This document shows, one piece after another, positions 40,755-51,703 of a stretch of DNA of 64,000 nt. How positions within the stretch are numbered: position 1 is the stretch's first letter; the number at the start of each line of letters is the position of its first letter. The stretch covers positions 32,001-96,000 of the forward strand of contig CAWDOD010000001.1 of assembly GCA_963803805.1 (NCBI GenBank). The letters run 5' to 3'. This DNA comes from an uncultured cyanobacterium (GTDB taxonomy: Bacteria; Cyanobacteriota; Cyanobacteriia; Cyanobacteriales; CAWCAG01). The notes under the pieces are model-generated. The model saw only the letters and a program-made list of their open reading frames with translations, searched no databases and was not told where the DNA came from. Both the position numbers and the translations under genes were made by a program.

Positions 40755-41123
40755 ATGACCAAAACGAAGCCACACCATCAAGTGCGATCGTGTACGCTTT
40801 CAATTCGACTTTCTCCTAGTGAGCGTGGTGAGTTAGTTAACTTTGCAATGTCTTATAACAGCAACGCTAGCAGCTTGTTTCGTGAGATTTGTTTTGACGT
40901 AATAAGGCTGGAAACAAACCAACCCTTACCCTTCTCTATTTCATCAATAATTAAAGATTTGAGAGGCTTATCTAAGTTAGTTGGAAAGCTTGCCTTGGAG
41001 CATCAAGAAGCTGACTCTCGATACTTCAACTTCTTCTATTGAGTTTGTCGAAACTCAATTAGCTGTGACTGTAAAAAAATTGGAAACAATTTCTTCTTCT
41101 AAAGTTTGGTGGAATAAGCGTTG
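40755..41123 (+). pseudogene. mobC: MobC-like ribbon-helix-helix relaxosome protein (frameshift near 41020)
   Basis: RSCTLSIRLSPSERGEL; shifted frame is open to a stop at 41123, just before the relaxase ATG. Confidence 0.6.
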
Positions 41124-41128
41124 AGGAA

Positions 41129-43194
41129 ATGATTGGTAACATAGCCAGGATTGGAAGAGACAGCTTTAGTAGAGCGGTTAATTATGTAATGAACCGAGAC
41201 TCTGCTCAACTTATATCGACTAATATGCCTACTGCCTTTCAATAAGAACTACCGAGAGGCAACTCGGTCTTTCAGCAGAATCAGCCAACTAAACAAAAGG
41301 GTCAGAAAAGCCTTTGTACCATGTCTCAATCAGATGCGCTCCAGAGGATGAGAAGCCTTCATCTTTGGAGTGGTCAGAGCTAAGCGAAAGGTATCTGGAG
41401 TTAATGGATTTGCAAGATAATCCTTTTGTTGCCACTACTCACGGAGACAACCATATCCACTTACTAGTAAGTAGAGTAGACGACGACGGTAATTGCTATG
41501 ACTCTTCCTGGGACTACCGCAAATCAGAAAAAGCTTTGAGAACAATTGAAATTGAAGGAGGTTACAAACAAGTTCACTCTAGCTCTGAAGTAGGCAAACG
41601 TAGAGATACTAATGGACAAGTGCATCGTATTAGAAAAGAGCAGAAGGAGTACGACAATGGTTTAAGAGAAGAACCACCAGAGTCAAGTAAACGAACTCAA
41701 TTGCAAAAAGCAATTGAGCAAGGGATAGAGCAATCTTCCTCTGTTGAGGGAATTGAAGAATTTTTAAGCAGACAAAACATCCAAACTAAGCAAACACAAC
41801 AAGGCTGGAGCTTCAAAATAGACAATGTTCCTTTTGCTGGCTACCAACTTGGCAACCACTTTACTTTAAATGCCATTAACGAACAAATGACCAGCCAACA
41901 ACCCTCTCAAAAACCGCAGCAGCGCAGTATGGGTGACATCATGCGGCAAGCTGGACAAGAAGTTAACACTTTAGGACAACAAACTCCAATTGGCAATGGT
42001 GAGTTTGACGGAACTGATTTGTTAGGACTTTCGGGTGTTGTTGTTGGTAATGCTTTAGTAGTTGGTGGGTATGTAAGTGATGCGATCGCAAATTTGAAAG
42101 AGCAGTTTGACGCTAAGGGGGAAAAATTCGACTCTTCGGCAGCTAATGCCAGAGTTAAAAAAGCTATCAACGATTTAGAAGAAGCTGGAGAAAAAGTTGA
42201 CAGTCTCCAGGACAGGATTATTAACAATTATCCTGATGCAGACAGATCAGGTGGCAACGAAAGAGCGAGGAGAGTTAAGTCATCGCGGTATTTTAACCAA
42301 GGTGAAAACGCTAATCCTTTAGCTGATGGTGCTGAACTGATTGATGAGAAAATCCAGATTCTTAGCGAGGAGATTCCTGGTGGGCAAGAACTTGATTCCC
42401 AACCACTAAAAATTGACCGCTCCGTTCCCTTTGATCAGCAGCTAGAAAAAGTAGAGCAAGCTGTTGGTCAAATTGAAAGACGTAGCCAAGAACTTGAGGA
42501 TCTAGTCAACGAAGCAGAATTGGCAGAAAGTAAACAGCGTCAAGAGAAAGTGGAGCAAGTTAATGCAGCGACTGCTGCTACCGCTACTGCTAGCTACATT
42601 GAATCTAGGGCTTCTGTTTATAATCTCCCAAAAGATGAGGAAATAGATACTCGCACCATGGGCAAGATGAAAATGTCCCCAGAAGGCGACTATATAGCTA
42701 TTACCAAAGAAGGTCAAGATACTGACTTTGAAGCAGTTCGCGTTGATGATCAATGGCTTGTTACTAAAGATGAACTTACTCAAGAGGAGAAGGAGCGTTT
42801 AGCCTCCTTACCCCAAACGGATCAAGAGTATGCAGTCCAAGCTAACGGCAGAGATTTAGCTGCTTATTTCCAGCGTAACTGTGCCAAAGAATTATCTAAA
42901 GATAAAGGAGTTATTACCTGGTCTGACAAAAGTAATGAGGAGGTGGATTATAGTTTCGAGGTTGAGCGAGATGGAGACAGAACTACGATTCGAGGCTTCA
43001 AAGCTGGAGAAGCTAACTCAGTATTTGAGGTGGATTTGGATGAAGATGGCACAGCTAAAACTTCTCAATGTGAGATTCCCACCAAACATATAGATGGACT
43101 GTTACGAGAGGAACGTCTTCGAGAGCAACGCCGCTTAGCCAAAGAGAAGAAAGAAGAAGAGAAAAGGACTGGTTTAAGTCTGTCCTTTGATTAA
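41129..43194 (+). pseudogene. MOBP-type relaxase with two +1 frameshifts in the N-terminus
   Basis: MIGNIARIGRDSFSRAVNYV (motif I Tyr) from 41129, then RVRK/PLYHVSI and ATTHGDNHIHLLVSRV (HUH) in ORF 41314-43194. Confidence 0.82.
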
Positions 43195-43224
43195 CAACAA
43201 ACCATAAATGATAGGAGTTTTATT

Positions 43225-43809
43225 GTGCAACGAAACAATTTGGCCAAAATGACTTGGTTAGAGGCAGCGAAGAAAAAGTTTAACCTGACTGATAATGATG
43301 TTATATCCATTGCTGTTTGCATTATTTGTGCCTGCTACTTTCTAATTACACAACCCTTAACCTCTTTGGTTTTTACCTTCGCTGCGATCGCAACGGTATC
43401 AGCAAGAGTTATTGTCCGCTCTATTCCAGTTCTAGAAAGAATCATCGGAGCCAGGATAAAAACTTGGCATATCGCCTCAATTATTTCAGCCTGCACAGTT
43501 TTATTCGGAGGTATTCTACATCTTCCGGCTGAAGCTGCCATGTTTCAGGCAATTGAGGATTCAGTTACTGAAGTTTTAAGTGAAAGCGGTATTGATTCTG
43601 GAATTGTAGAAGCAATTTTTACAGTCTTCCGAATCATTGTTATCTTTGCTTTTCTAGCAGGTGGTGTCGCTCTAGCAACACAAGCACTGCAAGGCGGTAA
43701 CTGGCAACCCCTAGCGAGTTTGATGGGTATTGGCATTGGTTTCGTAATTACCATTGAGATTCTTACCCGATTAGTACTTGAGACTGGCGGCGGCGGTGCT
43801 GCTCCCTAA
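43225..43809 (+). CDS. Membrane protein, VirB2/pilin-like candidate
   Basis: Several TM helices, AEA-like processing site, directly upstream of virB4. Confidence 0.5.
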   Translation: MQRNNLAKMTWLEAAKKKFNLTDNDVISIAVCIICACYFLITQPLTSLVFTFAAIATVSARVIVRSIPVLERIIGARIKTWHIASIISACTVLFGGILHLPAEAAMFQAIEDSVTEVLSESGIDSGIVEAIFTVFRIIVIFAFLAGGVALATQALQGGNWQPLASLMGIGIGFVITIEILTRLVLETGGGGAAP

Positions 43810-43824
43810 AGAGTTCCGTAAAGG

Positions 43825-46800
43825 ATGTTCAGTCAAGTAAGTATAAGGAAGGAAGGTGGAGTAATGGCTTTAAGAGTAGAAGATCCTGATAAGGAACCAA
43901 TCAAGACCAACCAAATTCTCAATAAAGCTGCATCTGTAGGGCCTATACCTGCTTACCAGTTATTCCCTTGGGCATTTCTTATCTCTGCTAGCTTCTTACT
44001 TACCTACGGAATCACTGATTTAGGTTTTCCCTACTTCATGGGAATATCTACCTGGCTAATCTCTACCTGGTGGGCGCTGACGGGAAATAAAATTTACAAA
44101 TATTTGGATCGTTGGTTTCGTCCACCAGGTGAAAAAACAGGTGGAGACTGGATTAATGCTAAGACTCTTTGGGTTTCTGCCGAAGACAAAGGTAGCTTTC
44201 GTCGCAAACTAAAAAGCAAATTAAAGCCAATCAAAGGGAAAGATGGGAGTAAATATATGCCTTTCCAAGACTACGTTGATCTCCATTGCATTGTCAGCAT
44301 TGAAATGGGTGGACACAAATTTGCTGCCCTGCTACTCAAAAATCATAAGGAGAAAGATGAAGAAAAAGGTTGGTCAGCCGTAATTCCTTTTAGGTTAAAA
44401 GGTTTGCACGACCAATTGTATAACGACGAAATTATCAATCAAGCAGAAGCTATTTCTCAGGCTATGCAGCAAATGCCTGATAAAGAGACTTTGACTATGA
44501 TGATGGGTTGTCGTAGTAGTTCTGAAGATCGTGAAGAGTTTTTAGAACAAATAGCAAGCCAGGAAAACTGCCCTTTTCCTTCTCTAAGAGTACTATTGCA
44601 TAACGAGCAACTTCGTAATCGGCAGTTAGCTCAACAAGGTAATCGTCAGCTTTGGGAACAATACGCTTTTTGTACCTGGACAGGGCGTGTTAACTCTTAT
44701 AAAGATAAAGATATAACTGGCAAGATTACAGGTTTTCTATTTGGTGGAACCAAAAGAATCTGGCGTAAGTTCACTCGTAGCTTTGCTGGTACGGCAAAGT
44801 CTCACCAAAAAGCCTTGTACGCTTCTTTAGCTAAGAACATCTATCAAGATGGGTTTATGCCTTGGCGACTTTTCCTCGAAACTAAATCCCAGCTTGAAAT
44901 TGAGATTTTAAACGAAGAAGAGATTTGGGAATGGCTGTGGTACAGATTTAATAACCGCTCTCCTGAACCAATTCCACAATTAGTTAGTGTCAAAACTAAC
45001 CCTGAAGCACAAGGAGGAATGGAAACAAGCATTCAAGTTAGTAGTGAGTTTGATCCCGCAACAGTATTGATAGATGGTGAAGAGGGACATACAAACTGCC
45101 CCAGCACTAACGGTAGTAGGGAAAGAGTCTATGTTAACCGTAAAGTAGTTGGTGTTCTGGCCATGGAGGAATACCCTCAGCAGTTTCCTAGTTTACGAAA
45201 CTCAATGCAGTGGATGTGGCAACATCTGAGTGACCCTTACACAAGGGATACAGAGGTTTGGGTACAAGTTCAGAACTCCAGCAAAGCAATTGAAAAAGAT
45301 AACTTACAGAAGATAGCTAAGCAATCAACCTCTGCCCACAAAATGTCTGCCAAATATGGTTCTGGACAAGACGTTGCTGCAACCATGAAAGAGAAGCAAT
45401 CCTATGAAGCCCAACGCCGTTTTTACGAAGGTACTCGCCCTTTATATGTTGCTCCAGTATTTCTGGTTTATCGTGATAATTCTCAAGACCTCAATAAAGC
45501 TTGCGCTTTACTATGTAACAGTTTTGGTGGTGCTGTTGTAACCAGAGAGCATAGCATTGCTTGGCGATATTGGTTAGAGACTCTACCTATTAACCAACTA
45601 AGACTACTTTGTTTTGGTGGTGCGCTAACTCAGCGTCGTCCTAAAATCGATTCTGATTCAATACTAGGGCTAATGCCCTTAACTCGTCCTCGTTCTCTTA
45701 GTCCAACTCAAGGGGTTGAATTCTTAACGGATCGTGGCGGACATCCTATAAGTATTGATCTTTTCCCAGATAGTGAAAGAGCCGTAATTATGGCTCGAAG
45801 TGGTGGGGGGAAATCGGTTATGGGGGCAAGGTTTATTCTTGATGCGATCGCAAAAGGTATTCCTGTTGTGTGTATGGATCAAAGTACTGAAGGTAGTGGT
45901 ACTTTTGAACTTATTACTAAGCTATTAGGTGATAAGGGAGCCTACATCAACATATCCAGAGAATCTTTTAACCTAATTCAACCTCCTGACCTTAGACACC
46001 TTGAACCTGAACTACAAGTAGAGAGGTTTGATAGATGGAAAGACTTCATTCGTCAAGCAATTGTTGCTATGGCAATGGGGCAAATTGACAATGAGCAATT
46101 AAGAGAAAGGGTTGATTCCCTAACTATTCAGTTGTTAGAAAACTTCTTTAATGATCAGCAAATAATAGAACGCTATAACGAAGCCTTTGAATATGGTTGG
46201 AAGTCTTCTGCTTGGAAGCGGATGCCCACTTTACATGATTTGTTAGGTTTTTGTAGTAAAGAAAAGCTAGGTTTGCGCTCTTATGAAGATATGGATAAAA
46301 GGGCATTAAATCAGATTGTAGCCCAAATTCAAGCTAAACTAGCTGACCCTAATATAGGTAAAGCTATTGGTAAACCTAGCACTATTTCTCCCTACCCAAT
46401 TATGAAAGTTTTCGCACTTTCTGGGTTAACTAATGAATCTAACAGTTACATTATGAGTTTAGTAGCTCAAATGGCTTGTATTACTACTTCTTTAGCTCAT
46501 AAAAAGAGTCTATTTGTAGGAGATGAATTATCAGTTCTTTTATCCAAAAGAGGCTTTGCTGATATGGTTGGAGAACTGTTTGCTACTGGAAGAAAAGAGG
46601 GAATCAGTTGCTTGATTTTAGCTCAAGATATAGATGCTATTGGTAACTGTTCTGCCGCGCCCAAAATACTACAGAACCTCAACTATATTATTACTGGATC
46701 AACAACAACAGGAGCAGTCGATTCTTACGAGAAAATTCTTGGTTATCCTAGAGAAATTATTGCCAAGAATGCTTCAGAAGGTTTTAGACCAAATTCTTCT

Positions 46801-47079
46801 GAGTATTATACGATGTGGACTGTAGAAGTTGATGGACGTTTTCATACTCCCTTACGCTACTATCCGGGAGCAATGACTTTAGCTGTACTGGCAAATAGTC
46901 AAGATGAAAAAGCCGCTCGTCAGAGAGTTTTAGATGCTTATCCTAGCGATTTAAAAGGTCAATTAGAAGGTTTAAAAGCATTTACCCAAGAGTACATATC
47001 TGCTTTGAGAGGATATAAATCTCTTAAGGCTATTGGGTATGAAGATAATACTAAGAAAAAGCGCATCAAAGTTTCTTAG
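43825..47079 (+). CDS. virB4: VirB4-like T4SS ATPase with N-terminal TM (VirB3-like) region
   Basis: ARSGGGKS, MPTLHDL, FVGDELS, GRKEGISCLILAQD. Confidence 0.85.
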   Translation: MFSQVSIRKEGGVMALRVEDPDKEPIKTNQILNKAASVGPIPAYQLFPWAFLISASFLLTYGITDLGFPYFMGISTWLISTWWALTGNKIYKYLDRWFRPPGEKTGGDWINAKTLWVSAEDKGSFRRKLKSKLKPIKGKDGSKYMPFQDYVDLHCIVSIEMGGHKFAALLLKNHKEKDEEKGWSAVIPFRLKGLHDQLYNDEIINQAEAISQAMQQMPDKETLTMMMGCRSSSEDREEFLEQIASQENCPFPSLRVLLHNEQLRNRQLAQQGNRQLWEQYAFCTWTGRVNSYKDKDITGKITGFLFGGTKRIWRKFTRSFAGTAKSHQKALYASLAKNIYQDGFMPWRLFLETKSQLEIEILNEEEIWEWLWYRFNNRSPEPIPQLVSVKTNPEAQGGMETSIQVSSEFDPATVLIDGEEGHTNCPSTNGSRERVYVNRKVVGVLAMEEYPQQFPSLRNSMQWMWQHLSDPYTRDTEVWVQVQNSSKAIEKDNLQKIAKQSTSAHKMSAKYGSGQDVAATMKEKQSYEAQRRFYEGTRPLYVAPVFLVYRDNSQDLNKACALLCNSFGGAVVTREHSIAWRYWLETLPINQLRLLCFGGALTQRRPKIDSDSILGLMPLTRPRSLSPTQGVEFLTDRGGHPISIDLFPDSERAVIMARSGGGKSVMGARFILDAIAKGIPVVCMDQSTEGSGTFELITKLLGDKGAYINISRESFNLIQPPDLRHLEPELQVERFDRWKDFIRQAIVAMAMGQIDNEQLRERVDSLTIQLLENFFNDQQIIERYNEAFEYGWKSSAWKRMPTLHDLLGFCSKEKLGLRSYEDMDKRALNQIVAQIQAKLADPNIGKAIGKPSTISPYPIMKVFALSGLTNESNSYIMSLVAQMACITTSLAHKKSLFVGDELSVLLSKRGFADMVGELFATGRKEGISCLILAQDIDAIGNCSAAPKILQNLNYIITGSTTTGAVDSYEKILGYPREIIAKNASEGFRPNSSEYYTMWTVEVDGRFHTPLRYYPGAMTLAVLANSQDEKAARQRVLDAYPSDLKGQLEGLKAFTQEYISALRGYKSLKAIGYEDNTKKKRIKVS

Positions 47080-47085
47080 TTACAA

Positions 47086-47979
47086 GTGTCCCAACTAGCA
47101 AATGCAAGGAGGTCGTTCTCTATTTTAAAAACGAGAAAAACAATCAGCAAACTATTAGCAACACTAGTTGCTTCTTGTTTAATTTCTGCTCCTGCGATCG
47201 CGCAGCAGCAGGGAAACAATAAGAGTACTAATTCAAAAACTACCAAGACAACTCAGCAAGTAGACGCTAACCAAGCAACAGGAAGCTCTGACGGGGACTT
47301 TTTTAGTGGGATTAATTCTGCATTAGATGATGCCTCGGCATTTGTCACTGATGTGCAGAGTGATATTTCCAGTGTCCTCTCTGGTGACTTTTCACCTTTA
47401 GGAGGAGAGGTTGAGCAAATTGCCGAAGATAATTTTGGAGAATTGGGCCTTCCTGATTTTCTAGGGATGGAAGAAGATATTGATAATTCTTCCACTGAAG
47501 CCCTGGCTCCTATATCTGAAGCCCTTGGTATACAGTCTGGTGAAGAGGGTTCCGTAACTTCTCTTAAAGAGTCTCTGAAGACTTCTTTAAACGCCAATGT
47601 TGCAAAGGCACTGTCAAACGATAGTGCTTTAACTAAGGAAGCTCAAGCCGAATCTGCAAAAAAAGCTGATCTTGCTGCTGAAGCCAATGACACCTCCAAA
47701 GAGCTAAGTGAAGAGGCTCAAAACACTGATGTAACTCAACACATCATGCAGGACATCTCCCAACAGATGGCTAAGCAACAAGAAGCCTCGACACTGCTTT
47801 TAGCAGAAGCCCAACAGTCTCGACAAGCTGATGCAATCAACAATCTGTTGTCAGCAGAAGCTCTTGAAGAGTTGAACGGTGCTAATGCTTCTAAGACAAG
47901 GGAGAACTCTAGTATGAGTGAATCCGAGTCTGTTGTTGGAGGACAGATGGGAGTTTTTGGTACAACTATATCTGAGTAG
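47086..47979 (+). CDS. Secreted helical T4SS protein (VirB5-like candidate)
   Basis: Signal peptide, coiled C-terminal half, operon position. Confidence 0.45.
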   Translation: MSQLANARRSFSILKTRKTISKLLATLVASCLISAPAIAQQQGNNKSTNSKTTKTTQQVDANQATGSSDGDFFSGINSALDDASAFVTDVQSDISSVLSGDFSPLGGEVEQIAEDNFGELGLPDFLGMEEDIDNSSTEALAPISEALGIQSGEEGSVTSLKESLKTSLNANVAKALSNDSALTKEAQAESAKKADLAAEANDTSKELSEEAQNTDVTQHIMQDISQQMAKQQEASTLLLAEAQQSRQADAINNLLSAEALEELNGANASKTRENSSMSESESVVGGQMGVFGTTISE

Positions 47980-48022
47980 TTTGTAGCTAGTAATTTTGCT
48001 CTCTTTATCTAAGTAGTTGATT

Positions 48023-48055
48023 TGGTAAGGAGGTCAATCTCCTTACCATTTATTT
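48023..48055 (+). terminator. Intra-operon hairpin/terminator
   Basis: TGGTAAGGAG-6 nt-CTCCTTACCA followed by TTTATTT. Confidence 0.55.
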
Positions 48056-48067
48056 CCCTTTTTTAAT

Positions 48068-49171
48068 ATGTTTTTATTTTCTCAAGTACAACCTGGCTCA
48101 GACTTGCTAAGGCAAGGTATAGATGTAGCTCAAAAGACTTCTGCTTCTTGGGATAGCTTATGGGATGAAGCAATTAATCCTTCTAATGGACTCTGGGGAG
48201 GATTGGTTGAGTTGGCATTATTTATTGCAGGCTTATCAATTGTGATTATGGCTGTGCAAATTGCAACTAATTTTCAAAACAACGCCTCTTGGTCTGCGCT
48301 AATTGAATCGTTTATTTGGCCTTTAATTATCATTTTTTTCTTGGGTGGTAGGGGGACGTTTTTAGCTGATTCTGTCCTTGCTGTTCGAGCTATTGGGCAG
48401 CAGCAAGTTACTGAGGTGTTAGAGTCACAATTAGGGAGCGTAACTTTTAAAGATGCTCTAATGCAAGTTAGAGATAACAACATGGCAGCAAACAGAGTGC
48501 ATGAAATTTATGGAGCTTGCCGAAACTTAGCTGAGCCAGAATTTTCCGAATGTATTCAAGATCCCAACAAACAAAGTGAAGCTAGAAGTGAACTGAATCA
48601 AATTCAGGGCGGTGGTTCGGATTTAGATCCAGCTAACAAACTACTTGATAAGATTACTCGTCTTGTACCAGGGGCAGGGGCAGTTAGTACAGCCAAAGAT
48701 GTTGTGGAAGCTGGTGGTATTAAAGAGTTTATGCAGTCAGAGATCATGGACTTGATCATGACCCTCCTCTGGGCATTGCAAACAGCCTTCATCAATATTT
48801 TAGAAGCTTCACTACTTCTAACTGGTGTATTTGCACCAATAGCAATGGGACTATCAATATTACCCTTAGCGGGTAAACCAATCCTTGCTTGGTTTAGTGG
48901 TTTTATTTCTTTGATTGGGGTACAACTGGGATACAACATCATTATTGGTATTGGCGCAACAGTAATGGTAGAAGCAGATGCGGAACTTGCTTCTGATTTG
49001 TCATTTTTACTTTTTCTTTCTATTTTTTCCCCTATTTTATCTGTGTTAATTGCTGGGATGGGAGGAACAGCTTTATTCCAATCTATGTCACGAAATTCGG
49101 CAGCAATGGCATCCAAAGTAGGGGGGACAGTTAGCTCTTTAGTTTTATTACCTGTTAAATATTTCGCATAG
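48068..49171 (+). CDS. Polytopic T4SS membrane protein (VirB6-like)
   Basis: Multiple TM helices, APIAMGLS motif, operon position. Confidence 0.65.
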   Translation: MFLFSQVQPGSDLLRQGIDVAQKTSASWDSLWDEAINPSNGLWGGLVELALFIAGLSIVIMAVQIATNFQNNASWSALIESFIWPLIIIFFLGGRGTFLADSVLAVRAIGQQQVTEVLESQLGSVTFKDALMQVRDNNMAANRVHEIYGACRNLAEPEFSECIQDPNKQSEARSELNQIQGGGSDLDPANKLLDKITRLVPGAGAVSTAKDVVEAGGIKEFMQSEIMDLIMTLLWALQTAFINILEASLLLTGVFAPIAMGLSILPLAGKPILAWFSGFISLIGVQLGYNIIIGIGATVMVEADAELASDLSFLLFLSIFSPILSVLIAGMGGTALFQSMSRNSAAMASKVGGTVSSLVLLPVKYFA

Positions 49172-49182
49172 TGGTTTAGATA

Positions 49183-49926
49183 ATGGCTCAAACAAATAAT
49201 AAAGTCAAAAAAAATAGCAGGTTTGACCTTTTCACTAATTCTTCTGCTGCCCATGAAGGTAAAGTAGTTCTGGCTTTGATGGTTTTAGCAGGTTGCTTTA
49301 TCTGTTTAACTTTTGTAACGGCTTGGATTAGTTTTACTAACCGTGCTTTAGCAGTGCGGGGTCAAACTTTTGTACAACTAAATAATGGTTCTGCTGTTGA
49401 GGCTCAAGAAGAAGATGAGAACTTTCGTAGTGAAGAAGTACTGCAAGAAGCTGTGGCTCGATGGACACAACTAACTTTTGAATGGGATAATACCATTCCA
49501 AACTCTACTGCAACAGACCAAGGCTATGAAGTTGGTAGTGATGGCAGAATAACTAGTCGTGCTTACTTTGCTTCTTATTTGCTAGAAGATGGCGCTCAAG
49601 GTGGCTTTAGAGAAGAGTTTTTAGAGAAGTTGGGAGAATTGACTCCTGGTGCAGTTTTTGATGGCAGTGTCAAAAGCGTGGTTCGTATTTACGACGTTTC
49701 TAAGCCACGTCGTATTGCTCCTGGTAAGTGGGAGGTAGATTTGGTTGCTACCCGCTACCTTCAGGGGCAAACCGACGGTATTGAATTTAACCGCACATTT
49801 ACCCTTCAAGCAGTTAGACCAGCTTCTTTAGCATTGGGGGAAGAAGAGCCTAGCGCTTATCGTCGCCAAATCTATAGCCTTCTTAGTGCTGGTTTGATAA
49901 TTACAGAGATTGTTCCCATACAGTGA
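49183..49926 (+). CDS. VirB8-like protein
   Basis: Single N-terminal TM, beta-rich C-terminus (WEVDLVA). Confidence 0.55.
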   Translation: MAQTNNKVKKNSRFDLFTNSSAAHEGKVVLALMVLAGCFICLTFVTAWISFTNRALAVRGQTFVQLNNGSAVEAQEEDENFRSEEVLQEAVARWTQLTFEWDNTIPNSTATDQGYEVGSDGRITSRAYFASYLLEDGAQGGFREEFLEKLGELTPGAVFDGSVKSVVRIYDVSKPRRIAPGKWEVDLVATRYLQGQTDGIEFNRTFTLQAVRPASLALGEEEPSAYRRQIYSLLSAGLIITEIVPIQ

Positions 49927-49936
49927 AGTTAAGAAT

Positions 49937-51703
49937 ATGGCAAATGAAGTCAAAGAAGAAGCAGTTGTAGAATCAAGAATTGGAACATCTCAAGATGGAG
50001 AGCTTTCTCCTGAAGATGAAAAAGCTCTTGCTGGATTAGAAACCGACAGTCCCTCAACTGCTGAAACTGAAGCAGAAGAGGAGGAGGTAGCTTTACTCTC
50101 AGAAGAGTATCAGTACCCACAAGATGTTGAAGATCCAGAGGAACGGGATGATTCTCAATCTCCTGTTTCTCGTACTGTTGTTGTTGCAGTAATTTCTGGT
50201 CTTATTGTTGGTTTGGGAGCTTTAATTGCTATTTTTGTCGGAGGTGTTGGTTGGGGTGACAAAGCAGCAGAACCTGAACCAGCAGAAGATACTACTGTTT
50301 TTGAAGAGGAGCAGAGGGAGAATGAAGCTGCTAGGTATCAAACTGAGCTAGCCTTGAGTGATCAGCAAGCAGCACAGGAAGGAGAAGAAGATAACCCGGA
50401 GACTCCTGAAGGGGAAGGAGGAGCTACTACTGTCGTTGCGGCTGGGGATACTCAAGCTGAAGGTGAGGAATCTACATCTGATGATTCTACTTCCTATAGT
50501 TCACCTAGTCGTAGTAGTGGCGGTAGTAGTGGGAGTAGTTCTAACACTACTTCTTATACTCCACCCAGTCGCAGTAGTGGCGGTAGTAGTTCATCTTATA
50601 CCCCACCACCAGCTTCTACTCCTTCTTCAGCACGGACAACTCCATCCTTTTCTTCTGGTAATGGTGGCAATGACAATGACAACGGTTCCTTTTCACCTCC
50701 ACCAACTCCAGAACCTCAAGATCCTCTAGAGCAATGGCAATTGTTAGCTTCTTTAGGTGAGGAAGGGGCTATTTTGCAAGAAGCAGAAGCGGTTGAGGAG
50801 GCTAACGAGAGTAGTAGAAGTAGAAGTGAAAGTGGTAACAATGGTGGTAACTCTGCTCCTGCTTTTACAGGAAAAGGGGGAGGTAATAGGGGCGTTTCCC
50901 AAGTAACTATCGGCAATCCGCAATCTCCTTCTAGAAGTAACTTTAGAAGTAGGGGTGCAAGGGGGATTATTAATCGCCGTAAGGCAAGAGATTTTTCTAG
51001 TAACACTGGTGGTAATCAATCTAACAATCAGCCTCAACGTTATCAAATTCCTATTGGTTCTGTTGCTAGAGGAAAGGTTTCTGTTCCTATCGTTTGGAGT
51101 AGTGGTGAGAGCGGATCTCTAACTCAAGGTCGCTTTACGATTACTTTAGCAGAACCGTTGCGGGCAGCAAATGGAGATGTAGCTCTACCCAGAGGAACAG
51201 TGATTGTTACTCAAGCGCAGAGTATAGCTAGTAATGGGTTAGTTAGCCAGTTCCCTATTGCGATCGCATATCGTGATCGCAGGGGAAATTTGCTTCAACA
51301 AGAAATTCCCCCTGATAGCTTTTCGATTCGGGGCAGTAATAATGCTCCTTTAATAGCTCGGAATTTACGAGATCCTGGAGATGCGATCGCGCAGCAGGAT
51401 CTTTTAGTTGGGATTTTGGGGGCTGGCGCTCGTGCTACTGAACTTATTAATGAGCCTGATGAGGAGTTTGTTGATCAACGTGATACTCGCTTTTCCTCAA
51501 CTAGCCGCCGCTCTACTACAAGGGAAGATAGAGATATTTTAGCTGCTGCTTTTGAAGGTTTTTTCGGTATCACTAGGGATAGGTTAGTTGAGCGCTCAAA
51601 CCAAGCGACACAGGAGTTGTTGAACAGACAACCAGTCTTTGTTGTTGATCAAGGGACTGGGGTTACGGTTATTGTTAATAGCTTTTTGGAGGTTAATAGG
51701 TGA
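49937..51703 (+). CDS. VirB10/TrbI-like protein
   Basis: TM, long Ser/Pro/Gly linker, IPIGSVARG, LPRGTVIV, VDQGTGVTVIVN. Confidence 0.75.
   Translation: MANEVKEEAVVESRIGTSQDGELSPEDEKALAGLETDSPSTAETEAEEEEVALLSEEYQYPQDVEDPEERDDSQSPVSRTVVVAVISGLIVGLGALIAIFVGGVGWGDKAAEPEPAEDTTVFEEEQRENEAARYQTELALSDQQAAQEGEEDNPETPEGEGGATTVVAAGDTQAEGEESTSDDSTSYSSPSRSSGGSSGSSSNTTSYTPPSRSSGGSSSSYTPPPASTPSSARTTPSFSSGNGGNDNDNGSFSPPPTPEPQDPLEQWQLLASLGEEGAILQEAEAVEEANESSRSRSESGNNGGNSAPAFTGKGGGNRGVSQVTIGNPQSPSRSNFRSRGARGIINRRKARDFSSNTGGNQSNNQPQRYQIPIGSVARGKVSVPIVWSSGESGSLTQGRFTITLAEPLRAANGDVALPRGTVIVTQAQSIASNGLVSQFPIAIAYRDRRGNLLQQEIPPDSFSIRGSNNAPLIARNLRDPGDAIAQQDLLVGILGAGARATELINEPDEEFVDQRDTRFSSTSRRSTTREDRDILAAAFEGFFGITRDRLVERSNQATQELLNRQPVFVVDQGTGVTVIVNSFLEVNR

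Noticed and set aside
48604-49254. 216-aa antisense ORF
   Set aside because: Antisense shadow of the VirB6-like gene with no independent motif.
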